This document shows positions 11,844 to 23,980 of a DNA stretch of 64,000 bases, in pieces. The notes under the pieces are model-generated. The model did not search any database. It had not been told where the DNA came from and saw only the letters and a program-made list of their open reading frames with translations. The stretch comes from Octopus vulgaris. Taxonomy: Eukaryota. The position numbers and the translations under genes were made by a program. The stretch is taken from contig OX597814.1 in the NCBI GenBank assembly GCA_951406725.2, positions 110,298,001 through 110,362,000 of the forward strand, read 5' to 3'. Numbering within the stretch: the first letter of the stretch is position 1; each line of letters starts with the position of its first letter.

Positions 11844-12539
11844 TTAATTGTAAAACATTGTTCACTTCAATCAAAATTCATGTTTTTTGTGTAGAAATCA
11901 CTAAAAACAGTTCAATTACACTGACTTGGTTGCCTAATTTTTGCTTGTTTTGATTTTACACACACACACACACACATACATACTTGTGTGTGTGTGTGTT
12001 AGTTTAGAAAATGGCTGACATGTTTTTGTTGTCAGTATGGTATGGTATGCTGCTAGTAGGAATTAATGAATGATGTTGGTTCCCTAATTGACTTTGACAG
12101 TTGGTTAGTTTCTAGTCCACACCATTCCATCTTTTCCTCATAGTCTTCGCATTACTAAGAGGAATTACTAACAACACAGATATATTTATATATCATTATC
12201 AGGCACCACAACACTTCCCTTCACCTCTCCTTCTCTCTCTCTTTTAATTTTTTTATCTTTAATTTTGCTTTTTGTTGTTGTTTTTTTCGACGTGGGAAGG
12301 GGTCTTCTTTCATTTTTCTGTTTTGAGCCATTTCACCTAATTCTTCAAGTTATGTTACTTTTACTTAGAGTTTGCTATTTTTAATTTGTGCTTCTGTACA
12401 AACTGTACACAAGCATTTACACACACACACATGTATACATGTTTGCATGCAACATATTTACACACACACGAACATAATTTCATACATGCACACACACATA
12501 CATATTTGTGTACACCATTAATATACACATAAACAAAAA

Positions 12540-12845
12540 AAACTGGCATTCCATTGGTTACAACAACAACAGTTCTTGATCCAATCAACAGAACAACAGT
12601 CTACTCATGAAATGAGCATGCATGCAGCTGAGCAATCCACAGACACATGTACCATTAATGTAGTCATTAGGGAGACTCAGCATGACACAGAATGGGACAA
12701 GGTCATCCCTTTGAAATACAGGTACAACTCATTTTTGCCAAGTGATTGGACTGGAACATGAAATAAAGGACACAACACACTACTGGGAATTGAACTTACA
12801 ACTATGAGCTGTATACCCTATCCACTAAGCCATGCACCTTCATGC
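12540..12845 (-). mobile_element. tRNA-derived SINE (CORE-like family)
   Basis: Minus head GGTGCATGGCTTAGTGG...AGTTCAATTCCC, then TTGGCAAAAATGAGT shared with 13241-13490. Confidence 0.7.
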
Positions 12846-13240
12846 ACATACATTTGCATACAACATTAATACACACTGATCCCATGCCGGTGGTATGTAA
12901 AAAGCACCATTTGAGTGTGGTCATTGCCAGTGCCGCCTGACTGGCCCTCATGCCAGTGGAACACAAAAAGCACCCTCTACACTCTCAAAGTGGTTGATGT
13001 TAGGAAGGGCATCCAGCTGTAGAAACCTAGCCAGATCGGATTGGAGCCTGGTGCAGGCTTCTAGCTTCCCAGCTCTCAGTCAAATTGTCCAACCCATGCC
13101 AGCATGGAAAGCGGACGTTAAATGACGATGATGATGATGATGATGTACACAGATAGATGCAAGCACACACACATATGCAGATACACACCTATACACAAAT
13201 ATACATGCTATCCAATGATTTGTGTGTTCATACATAGGTG

Positions 13241-13490
13241 TATATGTGGAGGTGCATGGCTTAGTGGTTAGCGTGTTGGACTTGTGATTATAAGATTGTG
13301 GTTTCAGTTCCTGGACCAGATGATACATTGTGTTCTTAAGCAAGACATTTCACTTCACATTCTTCCAGTCCATTTAGCTGGCAAAAATGAGTAATCCTGC
13401 GAGGGACCGGCATTCTATCCAGGAGGAGAAAACATGCACACCATGAAAACTAGGAAACTAGCCCTAAAAGTCTATATGGCTTGGGAAGGA
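13241..13490 (+). mobile_element. tRNA-derived SINE (CORE-like family)
   Basis: GGAGGTGCATGGCTTAGTGGTTAG A box, GTTTCAGTTCC B-like box, GTGTTCTTAAGCAAGACATTT CORE-like segment. Confidence 0.8.
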
Positions 13491-14173
13491 TCTATATCCT
13501 ATATGTACACACACACACACACACACACACAATCATCATCATCATCATTGTTTAACGTCTGCTTTCCATGCTGACATGGGTTGAACAGTTTGACTGAGGA
13601 TTGGCAAGCCACGAGGCCACACCAGGCTCCAGTCTGCACAAAGATCTGGTAAGGTTTCTACAGCTGGATGCCCTTCCTAATGCCAGCTGTAGAAACCTTG
13701 CCAGATCAGATTTATACACACACATACACTCTTACACACACAAGGCAGTGAGAAGCCTCAATTTGTCCATTTGGTCTAAATTAACTGCCAACTCAACCTC
13801 AAATCATACCATTTGGGATAATGTGGTCTTGGGGTTTACTGCATATTAAAAGTTGGGATGGTCATTATTGGAATAACTTTGATCGTAGCTTTGTTTTATT
13901 CAGGCTGGTTTAGAGCAAGTGTGTATCTTTGTGTCTGTGTTTGTCCCTCACCACCACTTGGCAACTAGTGTTGGTTTGTTTACATCTCCGTAGCTTAATG
14001 ATTCATCCAAAGGGACCAACAGAATGAATAAACACCAGGTTTTACCCACTCACTTGGGGCACAAGAAATGTGAGATCACAGGCTGGCTGAGAGAGGAGGA
14101 AGACTTTATACACAGTAAATGTGGGTGGCTTGGAGTAAAAGAACTTTCTCAGAAAGATCTATAAAAGCAGCTG

Positions 14174-14345
14174 ATATGTGGAGGTGCATGGCTTAGTGGT
14201 TAGTGTGTTGGACTTGTGATCGTAAGATTGTGGTTTCAGTTCCTGGACCAGATGATGCATTGTGTTCTTAAACAAGACATTTCACTTCACATTCTTCCAG
14301 TCCACTCAGCTGGCAAAAATGAGTAATTCTGCGAGGGACCAGCAT
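14174..14345 (+). repeat. Local copy of 13242-13413 flanked by a 20-bp direct repeat
   Basis: About 10 differences over ~170 bp from the copy 0.93 kb upstream. ATCTATAAAAGCAGCTGATA at 14157-14176 and 14344-14363. Confidence 0.88.
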
Positions 14346-14531
14346 CTATAAAAGCAGCTGATAACTTAGCTGTCACCTTGATGACCTGATGAGCTGTGGA
14401 GTTGAGTGCTTGTTGCAAAACATAGGAAACCAAATAAGAAAAGGGGATAAGGGAACTCCAGGGAGTTGTTTTGCTTGCAGCAAACGGGTGCTTCTCTCTC
14501 TCTCTCTCATTATCATCATCATCTCCATCAT

Positions 14532-15483
14532 TTAGTTAGTTAGTTAATTTTTTGGCTCAAAAAGCAAAAAGCAAGGCCATGTAGGGGGACATGGGGAGTT
14601 ATGTACAGGGTGGTGTTCATGTAAAGAGTTCAGGCCACTTGTGGTCAAGGGAGACTTTGAACCGAGCGGTCGTCGGCATCTTCACCATCTCGTCCGGCAG
14701 CTTAAACCACGGATCCGCAACCCGGATGGAGAAAGCCCCTCTCCTTCGATTGAGATGAAATCATCGCAGGTAGAGCTTTTCGGAATGACCCTGCAGCCAA
14801 CGCTCTGGAGCAGGAGTGAAGAACAGCTCTTCCGAGAGGTTACACTTTCCGCTTATGATGTTGTGAGCAAGAATGAGATCACCACGGCAGCGGCGTTTTT
14901 CTAGAGAATAAAGGTCGAGCGTCTTCAGCCTTTCTTCGTAAGACAAATTCTTGAGACCAAGAACCATGCGGGTAGCCAGCTTCTGGACTCTTTCGAGATG
15001 CTGTATGTCTTTGAGGAGATAAGGAGAAGAGGCTTGAATCCCGTACTCCAATATGGATCTTACCAGCGTGACATAGAGCGGTAGGAATATGGCTGCTGTG
15101 AGCATTCCGAATGACCGTTGAATCAAAAACAGAATTCCGCGTGCTTTGTTGGCAGCATGGATGCACTGGGCCGAAGGCGAAAAAGAGGAATCCGCTAAGA
15201 TACCCAGGTCCTTTACCTAATCGGTCCTCTCCAGCAGCAGACGACCCGGCTCGAAATCAAGTTGAGTTGCAGGAGGAGAGCCAACAGGCAGATGACAGCA
15301 CTTTGACACATTCAGACACAGGTCCCATTCGTTAGACCATCTCCAAATTTGGTGGAGGCATCGACGAAGATCCTCTATATCACCGCGAGGAGTGACCAGT
15401 TTGACATCGTTGGCAAATAGAAGGGTGTGTTGCATGAGGTTGTCGGGCAAGTCATTTATGAAGACTAAGAACAATAAGGGCCC
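14532..15483 (-). mobile_element. 5'-truncated CR1-clade LINE (RT C-terminal half, pseudogenised)
   Basis: GPLLFLVFINDLPD..LLFANDVKL (FADD motif with D>N), LYVTLVRSILEYG, LERVQKLATRMV.GLKNLSYEERLKTLDLYSLEKRR.RGDLI, FSIRVADPWFKLP. Frameshifts, a CGA>TGA stop, and a (TAAC)n tail at 14532-14546. Confidence 0.95.
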
Positions 15484-16689
15484 ACTGGTTCAACAGGATC
15501 CGACAAATGAGAGGATTGTGTTGAGCCCCAATTGTCCAACCTGGCATGGTTTCTATACTTGGATGTCCTTCCTAATGCCAACCACTTTACAGAGTGAACT
15601 GGGTGCATTTTTTTCATGGCACTGGCACCAGTGAGGTCACCAAGTAACTCACAAGACCAGACTAAACCCCTTTGTTGAATGATGGTGCAATTTTGAAGCA
15701 AGTGTCTTAGTACCAGATGTTGAAAGATTAAAAGTGTGATAAAGAGACAGGAACACGGATCTTGTTGTAGAGTGGATTCATGGCTATTTCCGCTGAAAAG
15801 GGAGAAGGGATAGTGCTGATGAAGTGTCAGCAGCTATCTACCTACCTAATTATCTATCCACCTACCGTGGTCTTTTCTGTAGGCTTTTATTTCCACGGAT
15901 GAACCTAATCTTGTTTGTTACTTTGAAAAAAAAATTTTTTTTTCTTTCTGTGATACACGATCCCTTTTGATCGCTTTTTTTTTCCGATCCCTTCTGATCA
16001 AAATTTTACATTTGTTTCCTTTTTTTTTCTTTTTCCTTTTCCATCTTCGAAAAGAAAAGCTCTACATTTATATTTGTCCCCTCTGTGGCCAGCCCTGTGT
16101 AGCCAATAAAGAAAGTTATCTGTCCACCTACCTAATTATCTCTCTGTTTATCTGTTTATCTAGCTGTCTGTCTATCTCAGAGTAAAGGGCTGATTTTAAT
16201 TTGCTTGTGTATAAAATGCTATTTTTCTTGGTTTCCAAGCTCAGGCATATTCTAAGGCATCTAATCAGCCTTTCAGAACTCCATTTACTTTGAAAGGAAC
16301 TTCTTCTAAAAGTCTTTCATTAATTAGTTTTTTTTCTTTTCAACTTCATTATAACTAATGGCTTCATGAGCAAATGGTAATGGTTTTGTGTTGAATTAAC
16401 ACAGTTTGATATTTCCTTTGAGAAGAATGGTTAGCCTTAAAACTCCTTAATCTTCTAAATTGTCCTGCAACTTCCATCTCCAGAGTTAACATGGAACTGT
16501 CAGTCTTCATCACCATCACCATTCCATTTCCAATCAAGCCATTCTTTATTCCACATTCGCCAAACACTGACTGACATGGCTCAATATTCCTCCTATCAAT
16601 TTCCATTAAGGTGACAAATTTTATCAAATTTTAAACGAGTGATCCATGTGCATTCTTCTTTTCTTTCTCTCTCCCTCTCCCTCTCTCTC

Positions 16690-17360
16690 TCACACACACA
16701 CACACACACTCAATGAGTCTATCTTTTCATACACAAACACATGCATGAGCATTAACATTTTCATACACACACACACCTACATTTTCATACACATACATAC
16801 ACATCTACAATTTCATGCATACACACACACACACACCTATATTTTCATTCACACACACACACACATTTCACACATACACACACACACGTTTTCATTCACA
16901 CACACACATTTTCATATACTCACATCTACATTTTCACACACACACACACATCCACATACATACACACACACACATTTTCATATACTCATCTACATTTCAA
17001 ACACACACATTTTCGGTCACACACATTTTCATATACTCACATCTACATTTCACACATACACACACGCATTTTCATTCACACACACATTTTCATATACTCA
17101 CATCTACATTTCACACACACGTTTTCATTCACATACACAGTTTCATATACTCACACACACATTTTCATATACTCACATCTACATTTCACACACACACATC
17201 TATATTTTCACTCACACACACATTTTCATATACTCACATTTACATTTTCACACACACACACACATTTTCATATGCTCACATCTACATTTTTACACACACA
17301 CACACACTTATATTTTCATTCACACACACATTTTCATATACTCACATCTACATCTTTATT
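16690..17360. repeat. CA-rich minisatellite built on TTTTCATATACTCACATCTACATTTCACACAC units
   Basis: The motif recurs about 8 times, separated by variable (CA)n; source of the H/T-rich ORFs. Confidence 0.9.
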
Positions 17361-17415
17361 TGCATCTGTGCATCTGCATTCTAGCTATGCACTTTGCAAT
17401 GTGTGCCTCCTTTAA

Positions 17416-17634
17416 ACCTTTTAGCGTTTAAACCAGCCACATTTGGTCAAAATATTCTACCTTGTTTTGTGCTCAAATTGACCATGTCCAGCTTCTTACA
17501 CCTACCTTGCAATGTCTTTCTGAAAATAAACAATCACATGGAAATCTTAAAGCTCCAAGATATTGCATGATTAATTCAAGACAATGCGAATAAATAAGCA
17601 TTACATTTGACAGAGTAATTTGATTGCTAAAAGG
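17416..17634. mobile_element. piggyBac-type MITE family 2
   Basis: TTAA-ACCTTTTAGC ... GCTAAAAGGT-TTA; homologous to 41472-42141 and 56576-56760. Confidence 0.75.
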
Positions 17635-17919
17635 TTTACGGTATTGCTGGTTTCATCACTTAACATCCAACATCCATTTTCCCATGCTTGCGTGAATCAG
17701 CTGAGGTTAATTGAGACAGAGTTTCAACAACTCAAAGAAGAAATGGATATCGTTTTCAAAGAACCTCTCTCTTTTCTCTTCTCGTCACCAACCACAAGAT
17801 AGGTCTGTTACCTTCAAATCCTTAGAATTGGTTTCATTACCGGATCTCAAGAACGTGAATATTCAAATCTGTCTAGTCCTGTCAATGAAGTTGCTATCAT
17901 TTTCTTGACATTTCATCAG

Positions 17920-18280
17920 TGTAGACATGGATGTGTGGTTAAGAAGTTTCCTTCCCAACCACATGGTTCTGGGTTCAGTCCCACTGCTTGGAATTTTGGG
18001 TAAGTGTATTCTACTATAGTCTCAAGCTAAAGTATTGTGAGTGGATTTGGTAGGTGGAAACTGAAAGAAGCCCTTCATATATAGAAGTGAGTGTCTTTGT
18101 TTGCCCTTCCATCACCACTTGATACTTGGTGTTGATGTGTTTACATCTCTGTAACTTAGCAGTTTGGCAAAAGAAACTGATAGAATAAGTAATAGGTTTT
18201 ACAAAAACAAAAGTACTGAGATCGATTCATTTGATTTAGGTTCTTCGATGCAGTGCCCCAGCATGGCCATGGTGCAAATA
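17920..18280 (+). mobile_element. SINE family B
   Basis: GTGTGGTTAAGAAG...GGTTCTGGGTTCAGTCCCACTG...GGATTTGGTAG...GGAAACTGAAAGAAGCC. Confidence 0.85.
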
Positions 18281-19315
18281 AAAGAGAAGAGCATGATGGT
18301 TGCCCAACAAGCCTTGTTCATTTCTAATATTCCAGGAAAAACTTGAACAATCAAAGGAAAAATTACTTAGCTTGGAAATAGGTGAGGTTTTTATTGAAGT
18401 AAGTTCAAAAACAGACAACCAGGCAGGTTGTTATAAAAATGGTTAAAGGGAAAAAACCTTGTGAGGCCTTGAAAGAAAGAAAAGTTAGTTGGTCGTAGTG
18501 AGATTTGAAACAAGAGAACCATAGTTCTGGGCTCTTGTTATTTGACAAATAGCAATTCCAATGCATTAATTCTGCAATTAACTCAACAATTAATGACAAA
18601 AATAAACAGTCAATAAAAACAAGCATCAAATGAAATCATTACCCAATTTTAAAATCACTTAAAACTAAATTAGATTCTGGACTTGGTTGATGTGTGTGTG
18701 TGTGTGTATTTTCATGTGGCTGTATGTATGTATTTATGCATTTTCCTGTGTTTGTATATATACCTTTGTGTGTTTGTGTGTATGCATGTTCCTGCATTTG
18801 TATATGCACCCTTATGTGGCTAGGTAACATGTGTATGTTTCTATGTACATGTTTGTGTGCGTGTGTGTATGTGAGTGTGTTGCCTGTATCTATCCCTGTA
18901 TACGTGTGAAAGCTGGTGTATGTGTTAGCATATGTCTGTAAGTGAGTCTGCTACATATGATGGCCAAACTTAACTGCCCTGTCGTTTCCACTGGCCAAAG
19001 GCTACTTATCAACCAGTAATTAGGTAGCAACACCACTGCCATCACCATCACCACCACCACCACTGACGACAACCAGATTGAGTGACCACTGTACCTGATT
19101 ACCCTAATGCTATGTGGCTGAAGCCATGTAAGGTCAGTGGTGTAGCAGGGATGAAGTAACGCTAGTCATTTATTGGCAAATTTCCTGGCAACAAGATGAA
19201 GGAAATGTTCTGGTTCTTGGCAAACTGCCCTTTGGTCAAATGTCCTCACTTCTAGCTTTTCTCCTTGTAGCATTGTTTCACTCACTCCTCACTCTCTTTC
19301 CCCCCTCTCTCTCTA

Positions 19316-19349
<34 letters not shown>

Positions 19350-19486
19350 CTTGTAACATTGTTTCAGTTCCAAATCACTCTGAGTGGTCTTCTGACTTGC
19401 CACTCCTTGTCAAACCCTCCAACCCATATCAGCATGGAAAGAGGATGATGGTGATGATGATGTGTCCTTGAGTGTACTTTTCTTCC

Positions 19487-19537
<51 letters not shown>

Positions 19538-19709
19538 TAAGCCTGGCTGTGTGGTTAAGAGGCTTGCTTCCTAACCATGCTCTTTCAGGTTCAATCCCCC
19601 TACACAGCACCTTGGACAAGTGTCTTCTGCTATAGCCTGGTGCTGACCAATGTCTTACCAGTGAACCTGACAGATCAAAACTGTGGAAGCCTCTTATTCT
19701 GTTCTATTC

Positions 19710-20010
19710 TTTTATTTGTTTCAGTCATTTGACTGCGGCCATGCTAGAGCACCATCTTTTTAGTCGAACACATCGACCGCAGGACATATTCTTTGTAAGC
19801 CCAGTACTTATTCTATCGGTCTCTTTTGCTGAACTGCTATGTTGTGGGGACGTAAACACACTAACATCAGCTGTCAAGTGATGGTGGGGGGAGGGGATAA
19901 ACACACACACACATATGATATATGACGGGCTTCTTACAGTTTCTGTCTACCAAATCTACTCGCAAGGCTTTGGTCAGCCTGAGGCTATAATAGAAGACAC
20001 TTGCCCAAAG
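19710..20010 (-). mobile_element. SINE family B (5'-truncated), inverted relative to the copy at 19540-19690
   Basis: TTTCAGTCATTTGACTGCGGCCATGCT...TTCTGTCTACCAAAT...GAAGACACTTGCCCAA. Confidence 0.85.
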
Positions 20011-20054
20011 AGCCAATGGATTTCAATGGTGGGATTGTTTATTTTTAGAATGAC

Positions 20055-20278
20055 ATTTTTTGTGCCCCCCCCCCCCCCAGGTTGAAAACCAATGGATGGT
20101 GGTATATCTCTGCCTGTAGCATTGTTTTAAATTACTCCTCCCACTTCCTATTTATCTCTGTGTCTAAAGGGCTTGCTTTTCTCTCCCTCCCTCTCTTCCT
20201 ATCTCTTGTTCCACTGTAAAACCACTTCACTCCTCTTCCTTCATAATCTCACCCACTAGCTCCCCCTCCCGCGCATTC
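20055..20278 (+). repeat. Local duplication, copy 1 (identical to 22825-23047 except C-run length)
   Basis: ATTTTTTGTG(C)14AGGTTGAAAACC...CCCGCGCATTC is repeated 2770 bp downstream with (C)13. Confidence 0.95.
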
Positions 20279-20736
20279 TCTAAGCACCCTCCCCTCTCTA
20301 TACACCCATCCCACCTTATTCTCCCCCCCCCCGCATCTTTATTTTCCTTCCACAACCTGAAGACTAAACAGATACCATCAGCTTCTCTCCCAAAGGACTA
20401 ATTGACTGTTTCAACAACAACTCATCTCTTGGAATCACCAATATTTCAAGAAGTCGGGTCTTCGCCCTATGGAACAAAAAAAAAATCAATGATTTCTTTT
20501 ATTTTCTTTCTCTTTCTTTCATTTTTTTTTCAAACCATTCCTCCACACCTCCATCCTTTATAACTTCCATAACAATTAGATTAAAATTAGTGTTTGTTAT
20601 GGTGGATTTCAGCTAAATATTGACTTGGAAGGTCAGGAAATTGTAGCTGTTGGCATTTTTACAACTTGGGTTTTGGTTGAGGGAAGAGGGAATGGAGAAC
20701 TTCTATAGCAACTGAACCAGTCACAGATCAGCTTTC

Positions 20737-20930
20737 TTTCTGTCTATCTTTCTGCCTGTCTATCTGTCTATCTATCTATCTATCTTTCTGTCTATCTATC
20801 TATCTTTCTGTCTATCTATCAATCTGTCTTTATGTCTATCTATTGATCTGTCTGTCTATCTATCTATGTATCTATCGATCTGTCTGTCTATCTATCAATC
20901 TGTCTTTCTGTCTGTCTATCTATCTATCCA
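20737..20930. repeat. (TCTA/TCTG)n microsatellite
   Basis: Direct reading. Confidence 0.9.
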
Positions 20931-22824
20931 TCCATTTATCTGTCTTTCTGCCTACCTTTCCATTTGTCCATCTGTCAATCCAGCTAGCTAGCTGTCTCTA
21001 TCAATCTATTCTAGCTTTCTGTCTATTTATGTGTTTTTCTCTCTAGCTATCTAGCTCTCTATATATCTTTCTATCTATCTATTTATCTAAATGTGTGTGT
21101 GTGTGCGCATGTATCATAGAAGGGGAATAATAGAGAAGGCTATGTAGCAATGACCTAAAGGTTACAGAAGTCACAAAGGTTACCATAAACATTGGTAACA
21201 GAAACTGGCAACCCTTGTTCGACAGTTCTCAAAACTTTTCCAGATTCTTGTTGTCTTGTTTAACCACAGGTTAAACTGAACGAATTAACCATTGGCATTC
21301 CAATCATGACCAACTCCTTGTTTATTCATACAATATATTTTGCTCGGATTGCATTATAAAATGTGCCCTTCCTTTTATAATTCTTTCTGCTATAGGCATA
21401 AAACCTGAAGTTTGTGGGGAGGGGGTCTAATCAATTACATTGACCCCAGTGCTGAACCGGTACTTGTTTTATCAACCCTGAAAGGATGAAAGGCAAAGTT
21501 GACCTCAGCAGCATTTGAACTCACAATGTAAACGTCATCATCATCATTTAGCATCCATTGTCCATGCTGGCATGGGTTGAATGGCTTGGCCAGGGATGGT
21601 AAGCTGAGGAGAGCTGCACCAGACTCCAGTCTGATTTGGCATGGTTTCTGTGGCTGGGTGCCCTTCCTAATGGCAACCACTCCAAGAGTGTAATGGATGC
21701 TATTATGTGCCAGTTGTGTGACACCAGTATCTGCCACAACTATGATTTCACTTGGCTTGATGGGTCTTCTTTTCATGCATGGCATATTGCCAAAGATCTT
21801 GGTCATTGCCTCCGTGAGGCCTGATGCTTGAAAGTGCTTTTTAGGTGCCAGTTACATGACACCAGCATCAGCCATGACTGGATGAAATGCCATTAAGCAT
21901 TTGCTTGACATGCTAACCATTTGGCCAGCTCACCACCTCATTTTATAATGACATCATCATCATCATCATCATCATCATTATCCAGTGTTTTAAAACTGGG
22001 TTTTGTCCTTGTTAACAGGGGTGGCCGGATCTACCTCAATGCCATAGCAACCGAGGTAGGCAGGTACAGCCCACCCCAACCTTTGGATGGCTGGTGCCCA
22101 TTCTCCTTTGCTGTCATGGACATTTTTGGAGCTGGATTCTCTACAGGGAGCATGCCCTTGCTTACCCCCAACCTCAGTTTCTAGGTGATCCCGAGACCAA
22201 GGCCTCTACCATGATTTTTAAGAAATATGATGGAAAACTAGCTCAGGAAGGCAGGGACGCTAATACCTGAGACCCCTTTCGGAGCCCCCTACCTAATTCT
22301 TTTATACTGTCAGTAGAGTGTTATTTGTGGGAGATTTGATTTCTATTTCTAACAAATTGAGTGACCATTTAGAAGTTTCCTTATTAGCTCACAAAACTGC
22401 TTTTTGCTTTTTTTACTGTCACTGTTTAGCCCTAGGTTAACCCTGACTAAGCAGGGCTATGATGAAAAAGGCAGGGCAACTATGACCACTTCATCCTTTA
22501 GACATTGCCTAACTAGGACTAAATCATCCAATGTGACCCTCCTTTTTTTCAAGATTGGCTGCTATATCTAGCATGTTCTGCAACCATGTAGAAGCATTGA
22601 AACAAGTCTGTGGCATTACATACATGTATGCACTACGTTATGTCACTGTATTATTATGTCACTGTATTTTTAGAATGACATTGTATGGTAGGTATGAGGG
22701 GCCAGATCTGGTCACTTTGAACATAAAGCAGGGAAAACATTTGGACCGGCCAGTTTAAATGCTAAAGGATCATAATACTACCCTGGATACCTGATTTACT
22801 GCTTAATTTGCATGGCTCCCAAAA

Positions 22825-23047
22825 ATTTTTTGTGCCCCCCCCCCCCCAGGTTGAAAACCAATGGATGGTGGTATATCTCTGCCTGTAGCATTGTTTTAAA
22901 TTACTCCTCCCACTTCCTATTTATCTCTGTGTCTAAAGGGCTTGCTTTTCTCTCCCTCCCTCTCTTCCTATCTCTTGTTCCACTGTAAAACCACTTCACT
23001 CCTCTTCCTTCATAATCTCACCCACTAGCTCCCCCTCCCGCGCATTC
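22825..23047 (+). repeat. Local duplication, copy 2
   Basis: See 20055-20278. Confidence 0.95.
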
Positions 23048-23529
23048 GTGACATTACGTGCCTCTAACACGAATAGAAGAGTTTCCTGTAACACTTTCGG
23101 ATAAAATTCATTTGAAAGGCTTTCATAGAACTGAAGAGAATTCGTTAAGAGAATAAACGACTTACAAGGACATGGCTGTTTATTTAATTCTTTTATAAGC
23201 CTAGTATTTACTTTAAACTTTACTCTTAATTTTATATGCAATTATTTACATAGCAGCACACAATAAATAGTGTGGCCCGTGTTTATTCTTGTTGTTGACA
23301 AAATGACATCTTCAAGTATGAGGCAGCGATCTGGCTGAACCGTAAGCACATCAAGCAAAATTCTTAGCATTTCGGCTGCCTTTATGTTCTGAGTTCAAAT
23401 TCTGCCAAGATTCACTTTGCCTTTCATCTTTTCAAGGTAGATAAAGTAAATACCAGTCAAACACTGGGGGTTGGTGTAATCAACTTATTACCTCCCCCAA
23501 AATTGCTGGCCTTGCACCAAAATTATTAT

Positions 23530-23654
23530 TACATTATTTATATTTGATGGATATTTGTCTTCATCTTTGTTGTTAACACGTTTCGGCTGATATACCCTCC
23601 TGACTTCATCAGGTGTCTTGGAGAAATTTTGGAACCTGGGTTTTCATTCCTAAG
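23530..23654 (-). mobile_element. Hammerhead-bearing SINE-like element, copy A (5'-truncated, core damaged)
   Basis: Minus: GACAC-CTGATGA-AGTCAGGAGGGTATATCAGCC-GAAAC-GTGTT; homologous to 25512-25742 and 35629-35835. Confidence 0.8.
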
Positions 23655-23980
23655 ATGTGTAACCCAAGTAATAACAAACATCCTTTTTTTTTAAAACTAA
23701 AAGAAAACCAAATGTTTATCACAGTGTTCAAAAAACTTTAGAAAACTTGTTCATTTAACAGTTTCAAATTTTACGTTATTTTTCCTTTTTTTTTCCAGAA
23801 AAATTCAAACAATCATTTCTCTCAGTTACAGTCTTTACAAAATTATAATGACTTAACACTTTCTCCTTTCAAGTTGAGGTGTCCTATCTCACTATTTTTC
23901 TTTTCATTTGTGCTTTTCATGTTGTCTTTTTTTTTTGCTCCTATTTTCCTACTGTTTTATGTGTTCTTGTATTTCCATCT

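Noticed and set aside
16230-16640. Coding-looking minus ORF 16364-16627
   Set aside because: No motif or splice support; more likely an unrecognised decayed transposon.
18336-18381. Possible + microexon CAG|GAAAAACTT...ATAG|GTGAGG (EKLEQSKEKLLSLEI)
   Set aside because: It is short, has no partner exons or recognisable homology, and such splice-like motifs arise by chance in 64 kb.
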